The notes below the pieces were generated by a model. It was not told the origin of the DNA. It saw nothing but the letters and a program-made list of their open reading frames with translations, and ran no database searches. This document shows positions 21,390-32,248 of a stretch of 64,000 nucleotides of DNA, piece by piece. The DNA is taken from contig CAVVUS010000010.1 in the NCBI GenBank assembly GCA_963751345.1, positions 1-64,000 of the forward strand, in the 5' to 3' direction. The position numbers and the translations under genes were made by a program. This stretch comes from an uncultured Chloroflexia bacterium (GTDB lineage: Bacteria > Chloroflexota > Anaerolineae > B4-G1 > SLSP01). Each line of letters begins with the position of its first letter. Position 1 is the first letter of the stretch.

Positions 21390-21474
21390 CCGACGTGAAC
21401 TCCTTGGACTCGATGGGCCGCGCGGGGCGGTCTTGTCGCGGCATTAGGAGCAGACCAAGCTCCGGGCCGAGGGG

Positions 21475-21864
21475 TCACACTTGGGCGCTCAGGACCTCTT
21501 GCACCGCTGTACGCAGCCCGTTGGGCGTGAAGGGTTTGGTAATATAGACCTGCACCTTCGCGATGTGCTCTCCAAGCACGCGATCGATCGGCGTATTCTG
21601 AGCCGTGATCACGATAACCGGAATGCTGCTGAGAGCCTCATCTTCCTTCATCTCCTGGTAAACGGCCCATCCCCCCATATCGGGTAACATCAGGTCCAGA
21701 AGAACAAGGTCAGGCAGGGCCTCGCGCATCATTGAGAGCCCTGTTGTTCCATCCAAGGCCCCGATGAGGTCGTAACGTTCGGAGTCGAGCATGATCTTGA
21801 CCAGATCGATCATGTCCGACTCGTCCTCAATGTAGATAATGCGGTGTTTCTCGGCGCTCGCCAC
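21475..21864 (-). CDS. single-domain response regulator
   Basis: 'IEDE', 'LLDLMLP', 'ITA', 'KPF'. Confidence 0.9.
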   Translation of the reverse strand: MASAEKHRIIYIEDESDMIDLVKIMLDSERYDLIGALDGTTGLSMMREALPDLVLLDLMLPDMGGWAVYQEMKEDEALSSIPVIVITAQNTPIDRVLGEHIAKVQVYITKPFTPNGLRTAVQEVLSAQV

Positions 21865-21896
21865 AGGGACTTTTCTCCAGAATGTGAGGGTCTGGG

Positions 21897-22289
21897 TCAG
21901 ATCTCGATATCCAAGACCTTCTTGATGCTGGCAAGAAGTTCCTGGGGCCCAAACGGCTTCGTGACGTAGTCGTCCACTTTGGCAATGTGCAGACCCAATA
22001 CCTTATCGATGCTCTGTGCTTTCGCCGTGACCACGATCACGGGGATGTCGCTCAGATCCTCGTCTGCTTTCATCTGTTGATAGACTTCCCACCCATCCAT
22101 GTCCGGCATCATCAGATCCAACAGCACGAGATCCGGCTTGACCTCTCGGACGGTTCCCAGGCCCTCGCGACCTCCCACGGCACCGATCAACTCGAAGTTG
22201 CGTCGCCCCAGAATGAGCTTGATCAGCTCGATCATCTCGGGCTCGTCCTCAATGCAGACTACCTTCAAGGGTTCCGGGGATTCAGCCAT
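21897..22289 (-). CDS. single-domain response regulator
   Basis: 'IEDE', 'LLDLMMP', 'VTA', 'KPF'; GGAGG RBS. Confidence 0.9.
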   Translation of the reverse strand: MAESPEPLKVVCIEDEPEMIELIKLILGRRNFELIGAVGGREGLGTVREVKPDLVLLDLMMPDMDGWEVYQQMKADEDLSDIPVIVVTAKAQSIDKVLGLHIAKVDDYVTKPFGPQELLASIKKVLDIEI

Positions 22290-22501
22290 TAAGCACCTCC
22301 TGGTCCGCGCTTGTCATTTTAGTTTAGCATAACCCCACGGGTTGTCAATAAGCACCCGTCTCCGGTCGATCATTCTGTAATTTTCATTGCGTTCGCTTGT
22401 CCATATAGTATAGTCCCGTACTCAAATCGGGACAACTTCATCATCGGCTGTATACTCAGATCGGTGTCGTGAGCCCAGGGGCTCACGCTGAAAGGGATCC
22501 G

Positions 22502-25500
22502 ATGAACGTCCATGCGCGACTATTCCACAGTCTGGCATCGCTTACGTTGGCCCTCCTTCTCGGAGTGTTATGTGCTCTCGCGCTGGATGCCCCACATCCG
22601 GATGCCCTTCTGTCAGGCTCGGCACTTGCTCAAGCCGGGGGGCAGTTTTCCCCTGAGCCCTACGCTCCTTCAGCCGCCCTCGCTTCCTCGGACGACGGGA
22701 ACGCCGGTCCCTGGGTGGAGCCGGATGTGCTTCGGCAGCTTGCCGCCGGCGATGGGGGGCCGCTCCGCGTGATCGTCGTGCTGCATGTGCCGGGCGAGGA
22801 TCCCATAGGTCGCCTGGTCCGCGATCACGGGGTAGATCCTGTCTCCGCACGTGCACGCTATATCCAGGAGAAGCAGGGAGCGGCTCACCCAGGCGCTCGC
22901 CTCTCTCGAGCCGGTGCTTCGTGAGGCCGAGAAACGCGGCACCCTCGTCGACCGGCGCGACCTGTGGCTGGTAGACGCGATCGGGATTGCGGCAGAGCCG
23001 TCACTGATTCGGGATCTTGCCGCATCGCCCGCCGTGGCGGAGATACACCTGGATCACTATGCGGCCTACATCACGCCGCCGCCGCTCGAACCCGCGGGCA
23101 TCATCACCTCGGGCGAGCATTCAGCCGGACTGGCCAACGCGGATGCAGCCGTCGAAGTGTCGGCGGTTCCCACACTGCCATGGGGGGTCGCGCGCATTCG
23201 GGCACCCGAAGTATGGGCCAACCTCGGCATTACCGGTACCGGCGCCGTGGTGGCCATCATCGATACCGGTGTGGACTGGCTGCATCCCGGATCTCATGGA
23301 GGAATATCGTGGCAACCTCGGCAAAGGGCGCTTCGACCATTCCGCCTCCTGGTACGACGCGGTCAACGGCGGGGTCTACCCTTACGATGATTACGGCCAT
23401 GGCTCGCACGTCGCGGGAATTGCGGTTGGCGCCTCGACCGGGGTCGCTCCCGGCGCCACGTGGATCGGTGTGAAGGTGCTAAACACCGATGGCTATGGCT
23501 ATGATTCCTGGATTCTCAGCGGACTCCAATGGCTGCTGGCGCCGGGTGGCGATCCTGCGCTGGCGCCCGATATCGTCAACGGCTCCTGGGCCAACACAAA
23601 TGGTTACACGACGGTTTTCCTCTCGGCCATCAACGCACTGGAGGCCGCGGGGATCTTCCCTGTCTTCGCGGCCGGGAACGCTGGGCCGACGATCGGATCG
23701 GTTAGTTCGCCCGCAAGCAATGTCGGTGTGTTCTCCGTGGGCGCGACCGACGCGGACGACGAGGTCGCGGCGTTCTCTGCACGCGGCCCTTCTCCCTGGG
23801 GGGAGATAAAGCCTGCGGTAGTAGCTCCTGGAGTGGGCGTACTGTCCACGATCCCTGGGGGAGTCTACGGCGAGAAGAATGGCACTTCGATGGCCACCCC
23901 TCACGTTGCCGGACTCGCTGCGCTGATGCGAGCCGTCAGCCCGACGGTCTCGATCCAAAGGATGGCATCCTTGATCACCGAGACCGCCCATCCGCTCACG
24001 GTGACGGCGCCCAACAATGTCAGCGGTTGGGGGCGTGTCGACGCGTATGCCGCCTTGACCGCGCTGACGCATCCCGCCGTCGTCTCGGGGACGGTTCGCG
24101 GTGACCAGGGAGAGTTCGTGGTGGGCGCCCGGCTGACAGTCCAGCCGGATATGGCGGCGCCGGGCGATACACCTTTGTTCGTGGCTACGTCCGACGCCCA
24201 GGGACACTACTTCTTTGCACTGCAGCCCGCCGTTTATAGCCTGACGGCTACGGCATTTGGCTACTTCAACGCGACGGTCCCCAGGATTGAAGCTGTGCCG
24301 GACGCCGTGAGCCAGGTGGATATCGTGCTCACAGCTATGCCGAAGGGCACGTTGCAGGGACGCGTGTTGGCCGAAGCGACCGGCCTGCCGCCATCCACAA
24401 CTGTGTCGATTCGACCACTGGACACACCTGTGACCACGATGCCCGACAGCGCCGGCGACTACGCGCTGGCGTTGCCGGGTGGAACGTACATGGTCGAAGT
24501 CCGAGCGTTGGGCTACCGGGTCGTCACGGCGTCGGTAACCGTGGTTCCCGGAGAGACGGTCGTGCACAACTTCACCTTGGCGACGGTCCCCACGCTGCTG
24601 CTTGTCGACGAGGGGGCCTGGTACTACGGAAGCGAGATCCCCTATTGGCGGGAGGCCTTGGACGAACTGAGCTATCCGTACGACGAGGTCCGGATCAAGA
24701 CACCCGGGCCGGATACGCCCGTCAGCAGCACCTTGAGTGGCTACGATATCGTCCTCTGGTCCTCTCCCTCGGGATCGCCGGGGCTGGTAGGAGCGGGCGG
24801 GGCGCTATCCGACTATCTCGACGAAGGTGGCAGGCTGCTGGTGAGTGGTCAGGACGTGGCCTATTTCGACGGAGGCGGGTTGAGCTTTCTGGGGCTATCT
24901 CGAGCCCTATCTCACGGACCAGATGAGCACGGTCTTCATCACGGAAGATGACACCCGCCCTATCGTCATAGGCCAGGGCCCCTTTGAGGGTCAGACGGTC
25001 GGCCTGGAAGGCGGCAGCGGTGCAGACAACCAGGTGGCGCCTGACGTGGTGAGGGTGGCGGATACGGAGCGGGCGTCCGCGATCTGGCTGTATGAGGATG
25101 GGCAGACGGCGGGGGTCGGTGCCGATATCTGTGTGCCGCACCGATCGCTCTTCTTCGGTTTCGGTTATGAGGCCATTGACGATGCGGGCCGGCGGCGCGA
25201 GGTGCTGCAGCGCAGTATCGACTGGCTGATGACGGAGCCCCTGACAAGGGGACTCACTGTCGCCAACGTGACCGATCCGGTGCTTATTGCTCGGCCTGGG
25301 GAACGAGTTTCACACGTCGTGCGGGTTCACCATATCGGCTCTGCCGGAGTGACGGATACGGTCAGCCTTTCCGTGCAGGGCGATGAGTGGCCAACGGTGG
25401 TAGTGCCCAAGGAGATTGAGCTGCCTCCCTGCACCTCAGCGCTATTTACCGTGACGGTCGCGCTGCCGCTGGAGGCCGCGGTCAACGCGATAGATGTACT

Positions 25501-26940
25501 GACACTTGAGGTGAAGTCGACGCAGGTGCCGGTGCCTCTCACGATATCGGTCACGACGAAGACGCCCGCACCGGTGCTGCTGGTCGACGACGATCGCTGG
25601 TATCCCGTTCAGGACCTGTACACGGAGGCTATGTCAGCCGCGCACATTCCCTTCGACGTTTGGGACACACGGTCCGGACTCGGAGGCACGCCCACGGCGT
25701 ATTCGCCACCCACGGCGACCCTCACGATGTACCCTGTGGTTGTCTGGTTCACGGGCTATGATTGGTACGCGCCCATCGTGCCCGAGGAGGCTCAGCGCCT
25801 GCTTGCTTACCTGGATCAGGGAGGACGGCTGTTGCTTTCCTCGCAAGACTTTGTCTATCACCACGAGGACGAGCCGTTGGCCCATCGGCTCGGGATACTC
25901 CTCGCCGACTGGTCGGAGCAGGCGACAGAGGCGATGGGCGTTGCCGGCCATCCTGCCGGGGGCGCGTGGGGACCGAGCCGCCTGGTTTTCCCCTTCCCGA
26001 ATTGGTCGCACATCGTCGAGCCGGCACCCGATGCCACGCCCGTGGCACGCGGGCAGCTCGGACAGCCGCTGGGGATCGCGGCGGGGAAGCCGGTGCTCGG
26101 TGCGTCTCAGACGCTCTTCTACGCTCTCCCATTGGAGGCACTGCCGCCGGAGCCACGTGCGGAAGCGCTGGCGAATGGCATTGGGTGGCTCTCGCCATTG
26201 GGAGGGACCGAGTGGGATGTGAGCTCCAGGGCGGGCCCGGGTGGGGTCACGGCGACGTTTTCGCTTCAGCTTAGAAACAGTTGGCGCGAGGCGCTGAGGG
26301 TGGGCGTGCGACATCAGGTCCCGGATGGATTTGAGGTCGTCTCGAAGAGTGTTCCGCCTGGCTTGGTCTATGAGCCCACAGCGCGGCAGCTCACCTGGGG
26401 AGGTACGGTACCCTCGAATGCGCTTGTGCGAGCTCAAGTGGGAGGCGGTATGGCTGGGGGCCGCCGGCCAGGGGACGCAGCCGACGGTGACACTTTCACT
26501 GCCCGATTGGGGACTGAGCTTTGTGCGCGAGGCCCCCTTCTACGGCGGTCGCCCCGATTTGGGGACGAGTTACTGGTCCCCGCAATTGGGCACCTCGGTG
26601 CCTGTCGGCGAGGCCGTGTCGCTGACTTTCCATCTTCGCAACAGCAGTGCCGTAAGCGTCGAAAATGGGTCGCTGTCCTTCTGGCTGATGCAAGGCGTAA
26701 CGCCGATCTCGGTCACCGCCCCACTGACGGGTGGGGTTCGCCTTGGAGGGCCCCCGGTGTCGCTGGCACCTCACGGACAACTTACCGTCACCGTGCCGAT
26801 TCGCGCCTGGACCGTGGAGACGCCGGTGCGCCTGGATGCACTATTCAGCGACGGCGTCGATCACAGATGGGAGCGAAGCCTCTGGCTCACCGTGGAGCCC
26901 CTGCGCCTCTACCTACCGGTGATTCGTCAGATCTCGATAG
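22502..26940 (+). CDS. large secreted S8 (subtilisin-like) peptidase with carboxypeptidase-regulatory-like repeats; several frameshifts, end approximate
   Basis: Signal peptide; catalytic triad motifs 'IIDTG', 'HGSHVAG', 'GTSMATPHVAG'; 'LLVDDD' modules; C-terminal 'LYLPVIR'. Confidence 0.8.
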
Positions 26941-26954
26941 TCGGCCGTTGCCGC

Positions 26955-27606
26955 TCAGGCCAGTCTGCGGATCACCAACACGACTTTGCCCTGGATCTGG
27001 ACGTCATCCGCCGTGCACGTAGATCGGATTCATCGTCGGGTTGGCGGGCTGCAGACGGACCCGCTTACCTTCATAATAGACCTTCTTGAGGGTGGTTTCC
27101 TCTTCGGCGATGAGCCACACGGCAGCCATCTGGCCGTTCTCGACCCGCTCCTCGTGCTTGAGGATGACGGTGTCCCCATCGTTGATCAACGCGTCGATCA
27201 TCGAATTACCCTGTACCTTGAGCGCGAACAGGTCGGAGACGTCGCGGCCGAAGAGCGCACGGTTGATCTCGATCGTCTCGTTCCCGGGAAAGGCCTCCAC
27301 GTTGATCGGCGTGCCCGCTGCGATGTAGCCCAGGAACGGCACGGCGAGGACGTTGTCGTCGTTCAGCTCGATGGGGATCTCCTCCGTTGCCGGCGCCATC
27401 AGCTGGATGGCGCGGGACATCGCCGGCTCTCGGCTGATCAGCCCTCGTTCTTCCAGTCGCTTGAGATAGTAGGAGATCAAGGATGTCGAATTGACGCCAA
27501 TCGCATCGCCAATCTCCCGCACGGTGGGGGGAAAGCCGTGTTCGCCCACGTACTCCTCGATGCAATCCAGCACTTTCTTCTGTCGTTCGGGCAGTTCCTT
27601 TGCCAT
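26955..27606 (-). CDS. lexA: SOS repressor LexA (frameshift near 27015)
   Basis: 'GFPPTVREIG' HTH, 'IAAG' cleavage site, 'GNSM' Ser, 'TTLK' Lys; C-terminus 'DDVQIQGKVVLVIR' in shifted frame. Confidence 0.92.
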
Positions 27607-27682
27607 CAATACCTCCCAGATTACAGTCTCGATTGTCGAATTCAGGGCCACTACCTGAATCGCAAGTATCCCAACTATCCCA

Positions 27683-27711
27683 ATTATAGTCGCACATTTG
27701 TTCTATGTCAA
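27683..27711 (-). promoter_or_regulatory. lexA sigma70 promoter with SOS box in the spacer
   Basis: Minus strand TTGACA-17 nt-TATAAT; spacer contains AGAAC-AAAT-GTGCG (GAAC-N4-GTTC-like). Confidence 0.8.
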
Positions 27712-27813
27712 GACCCTGACAAGGTTAATGAGTAGTTTGTGGTGGTTTTTTCTATGAGGTGGTAAAATAAACGAAGGGAGTCTGAGTTATCGAGTGGGAT
27801 CAGGAGGTCGGTG

Positions 27814-29164
27814 ATGAGTGAGTGCCTGACACAGGTCGTCAAGCGGACGGGGGACATCGTGCCGTTCAACCGGGAGCGCATAGCTAACGCTATCTACCGT
27901 GCCGCCGTCGCGGTCGGCGGCAGGGATCGCTCCGTGTCCGAGAATCTGGCCGACCAGGTCGTGGCGATCCTGGAGCAGAACTGCCAGGGGGATCGAATCC
28001 CTACGGTCGAGGATATCCAGGATGTCGTGGAGAAGGTCCTCATTGAGGACGGCCACGCCCGTACGGCCAAAGCGTACATCCTCTATCGCCAGGAGCGCGC
28101 CATGCGTCGTGAGCGCAGAAAAGAGGGCTTGTCACAACGGGATCCGGAGAACATCCCCTACCGCAAGCTCTGGGAGGTGCTCAATTGGTCGGTGGATCAC
28201 AGGGTGCACAACGTCTACCGTCTCAATGAACGCATCGCCAGGGGAGAGTTTCCCGAGATCGTGCGTGAGTCGGACGAGGCCTACGAGAAGGACATCGACG
28301 ACGCGACGGCCAAGATCCTGCAGCGTCGTGACAGCGTGCGGATCGTCATCATCGCGGGACCCTCGTCCTCATCGAAGACGACGACGACGGCCAAGCTCGA
28401 GGAGCGAATGAAGAAGGAGGGGTTAAGCCTCGTCTCGCTCAACGTGGACAACTACTTCTACGATCTGGAGATGCACCCACGGGACGAATTCGGTGACTAC
28501 GATTTCGAGACGCCGCAGGCGCTCGATCTGGCCTTGATCAACGAGCACCTGCAACGCCTCGTTGCGGGCGAAGAGGTGCTGCTTCCCTATTATGATTTCA
28601 AGACCGGCCACCGGCAGCCTGACGCGACGCCGATGAGGATCCGGGACGACCAGTTGATCTTGATCGACAGCCTACACGGCCTGTATGAGGGCATGACCCA
28701 GGCCATCGCCGACGACCAGAAGTTCAGGCTTTACATCGAGACGCTGCTGCAGATGAAGGGCCCGGACAACCAATACATCCGCTTCACCGATCTACGCCTG
28801 ATGCGGCGCATGGTGCGCGATGAGCGCGAGCGGGCCTACGACCCTCGTCAGACGTTGGAGCACTGGCACTATGTCCGAAGCAGTGAGCTCCGGCACATCA
28901 TCCCTTACGTCAACGCAGCCGATTACGTGGTCAACAGCGCCACGCCCTACGAGCTCCCGATCATGCGGGCGCGGCTCTTCTCGCAATTTCGCCCAGTGGG
29001 TGCCCGAGTACAAGGGCGACCCGAACCGGATGGACGCCTACCTGCGCGCCGAGCGCGTCCACAACTTGCTGCAGGCCATCATCCCCGTGGAGGATGAGTC
29101 GGTGATCCCGGCGACGTCGCACATCCGCGAGTTTATCGGCGGCTCGGTGTATCAACTGCATTAG
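27814..29164 (+). CDS. ATP-cone domain + uridine kinase-like protein (frameshift near 28990)
   Basis: 'VVKRTGDIVPF...VEDIQDVVEKVL...AKAYILYR' ATP cone; P-loop 'AGPSSSSKTT', 'VDNYF', 'RRMVRD', 'REFIGGS'. Confidence 0.8.
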
Positions 29165-29165
29165 G

Positions 29166-29278
29166 GAAGAATGCAAGAATCAGAGAATCAGAGAATGAAG
29201 GAATAGAGAATCGAAGAATCGGAGAATCAGCGGCCGCTGATTCTCCGATTCTCCGATTCTTCGATTCTTGCATTCTTC
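29166..29278. repeat. mirror array of 8-bp GAATC-core units with a 38-bp perfect central palindrome
   Basis: (NNAGAATC)n-AGCGGCCGCT-(GATTCTNN)n; 29215-29252 is a perfect palindrome; lies between convergent genes. Confidence 0.85.
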
Positions 29279-31327
29279 ATTCTGCCATTCTCAGCGCTTG
29301 CGCCAGGAAGGCCCACATGTCCGCGCGCTCCTCGATGAGAAGCTGCGTGGGTTTGCCCGCGCCGTGGCCCGTGTTGGTCTGGATGCGGATGAGCACCGGC
29401 GCGTCGCCCTGTTGGGCAGCCTGGAGCGCGGCGGCGAACTTGTAGGAGTGGGCGGGCATCACGCGGTCGTCGTGGTCGCCGGTGAGGATCAGCGTCGGCG
29501 GATAGTGGGCGGGCCGCGCGTTGTGGAGGGGTGAGTAGGCAAGCAGCGTCTTGAACTGCTCGGGGTCCTCCGCGGAACCGTAGTCGCTCACCCAGGCCCA
29601 GCCGATGGTGAACTTGTGGAAGCGCAGCATATCCATCACCCCCACGGTGGGGAGCGCCGCGCCGAAGAGATCTGGGCGCTGCGTCAGACAGGCCCCGACG
29701 AGCAGTCCGCCGTTGGAGCGCCCCTCGATGGCGAGCTTGGGCGTCGACGTGATCTTCTCCGCGATCAGGTATTCGGCGCAGGCGATGAAGTCGTCGAAGA
29801 CGTTCTGCTTCTTGTGGATCGTGCCTGCCTCGTGCCAGGCCTCACCGTACTCGCCTCCACCGCGCAGATTGGCCACGGCGAGCACCCCGCCCATCTCGAG
29901 CCATACCAGGCGGGTCACCTGGAAGCTCGGCGTGGTCGCGATATTGAACCCGCCGTAGCCGTAGAGCAGCGTGGGGTTTTGGCCATCCTTGACCCAGTCA
30001 CCACGGTGGACGAGGAAGAGCGGCACCTGGGTGCCATCCTTGCTGGTCACGAAGACCTGCTCCGTGACGTAGTCGGAGGCGTCGAAATCCACCTTGGGCT
30101 CGGCGATCTTGGTGCTTTCCCCGGTCTCGAAGTCGTAGCGATAGATCGTTGAAGGGATGGTGAAGGAACTGAAGGCGTAGAAACACTCGTCGTCCTCTCT
30201 ACGTCCTTGGAGGGCATCCACCGCACCCAGACCGGGTAGCTCGATTTCACCGAGGTAGGTGCCATCAAGGGCGTGCCGGTGCAGGCGGTGGTGCGCATCG
30301 TGCAGGACCAGGGTCACGAACTCGTCGTGCACCATCTCCACGTGTTCGAGCGCATCTTCCCCTTCCGGAATCAGCGTGCGCCAGTGGTCGTGACCGCTTT
30401 GCGCCACGTCGATGGCGATCACCCTGCCCTTGGGCGCGTCGAGATCCGTGTGGAAGTAGAAGACGGTGCCCGGTGTTTCCGAGAAAGTCGTATCGCGCCT
30501 CTAGCTCCGAGATCAACTCCGTGAAGGTTTCGGCGCCCTCTTCTTTGTAGAAGACGCGATTCCGCCGGTCGGTGCCTTCCGAGACGTGGAGCACCACGTA
30601 GGCGCCATCGTCCGTGACCACCGGGTCGTACCCCCATCCGGGATGATCGGGTCGCTCGTAGACCAGCACGTCCTGTGGCTGCATTGTGTCGAGGCGATGA
30701 CCATAGATCTGCTGATTGTAGTTGGCTTTGGCATACTCGGTGCCTTCTTCCGGCACGGCATAACGGCCATAAAGGAAGCCGGAGCTGTCGGGAAGCCACG
30801 CAGCATTCGAGAATTTGCTCCACTTGATGGCTTCCGGAAGGTCCTCACCCGTCCGGACGTTGCGAACGTGCCAGGTTTTCCAGTCGGAACCGCTGGCACT
30901 GCTGGCGTAGGCGATCCACCGACCGTCCCAACTGACTGAGAGCCCGGTCAGGGCTACGGTGCCGTCCTCCGACAACGTGTTAGGGTCGATCAGCATCTCT
31001 GCCCGCGCCTGTTGGCGTTTCCATCACGTAGAGGACATCCTGGTTCTGCAGACCCGTATTGCGGAACTGGAAGTACCGTCCCCCACGTTTGAAGGGCGCA
31101 CGGGCTTTGGGATAGTCCCAGAGGGCCGTCAGACGCTCCCGGATTCTCTGCCGTTCCGGGAGCTGCTCCAGGTAGGCGAAGGTCAGGGCATTCTGGGCCT
31201 CGATCCACGCTGCAGTCTCCGGGGCGTTGAGCTCCTCAAGCCAACGGTAGGGATCGGCTACGTCGACGCCGTGGAGGCGATCGACGTGATCACTCCTGCG
31301 TGTCGGGGGATAGGTGAGTTTGGTCAT
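29277..31327 (-). CDS. prolyl oligopeptidase (S9A), frameshifts near 31000 and 30470
   Basis: 'VADPYRWLE', 'DPNTLSEDGT', 'GYGGF', 'GRSNGGLL', 'DHDDRV', 'GHGAGKP'. Confidence 0.9.
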
Positions 31328-31468
31328 CGCTGGCTCCTGTATCTTTTCTTCCATCGTACGCGAAAGGTACACCTGCAATCACGGTTTGACAAACGCCTCC
31401 CCCATGTTAACATTGGCCCGGCGCCCACCGCCACGAGCGGTGGGCGTCATAGGATAGGGGGCCATTGC

Positions 31469-32248
31469 ATGTCCGATGAAAGCGTTCCTGTGATCATCCT
31501 CTGCGGCGGCAAGGGGACGCGGATGGGTGACCTCACGGTGCCAAAGCCCTTGGTCGAGATCGGCGACCGTCCTGTGCTCTGGCACGTGATGAAGATTTTC
31601 GCCGCGCAGGGGTTCCGGGATTTCATCCTCGCCCTCGGATATGGCGGCGATGCCATCAAGCGCTATTTCCTTGAGTACGATTGGCGCAGCCGTGACTTCT
31701 CCCTGGAGTTTGGGAATGGAGGCACGACGTTTCTCACGCCCAACGATATCGTCGGCTGGCGCATCACCTTCGCCGAGACCGGGCTGGAGACGATGACCGG
31801 CGCGCGCGTCCGAAAGGCTGCTGCCTACGTGGAGGGCGAGCGCTTCTTCGTCACCTATGCCGACGGGGTGGCGGATGTCGATCTGCGCGCCTTGCTGCGG
31901 CATCACCGGCAGCAGGGCCTACTGGCGACGGTGACCGGGGTGAAGGCTTTTTCGCGCTTCGGCCTGATGGAGTCCGACGACCGGGGTCACGTCACGGGGT
32001 TTCAGGAAAAGCCGCAGGTGGATGCCTTGATCAACGGCGGGTTCATGCTCTTTGAGCAGGGGGCGCTGCCCTATTTCGCGGGAGGCGATGATCTCGTGCT
32101 GGAGCACGAGCCGCTGCAGGATTTGGCAGATGCCGAGCAATTGGGTGTCTATCACCATCAGGGGTTTTGGCGCGCAATGGACACGTTTAAGGAAGCTCAG
32201 GAACTGAACACACTATGGGAGCAAGCAGCCCCTTGGAAGATCTGGTGA
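31469..32248 (+). CDS. rfbF: glucose-1-phosphate cytidylyltransferase
   Basis: 'ILCGGKGTR', 'PKPLVEIG', 'TGLETMTG', 'INGGF', 'GFWRAMDT', 'APWKIW'. Confidence 0.88.
   Translation: MSDESVPVIILCGGKGTRMGDLTVPKPLVEIGDRPVLWHVMKIFAAQGFRDFILALGYGGDAIKRYFLEYDWRSRDFSLEFGNGGTTFLTPNDIVGWRITFAETGLETMTGARVRKAAAYVEGERFFVTYADGVADVDLRALLRHHRQQGLLATVTGVKAFSRFGLMESDDRGHVTGFQEKPQVDALINGGFMLFEQGALPYFAGGDDLVLEHEPLQDLADAEQLGVYHHQGFWRAMDTFKEAQELNTLWEQAAPWKIW

Noticed and set aside
26955-27606. Prophage repressor
   Set aside because: Typical chromosomal LexA with SOS box; no integrase or phage genes nearby.
22875-31000. Programmed frameshifts in the S8 protease, lexA, uridine kinase or prolyl oligopeptidase
   Set aside because: No slippery heptamer with stimulatory stem seen, and the truncated products make no functional sense; likely sequence errors.
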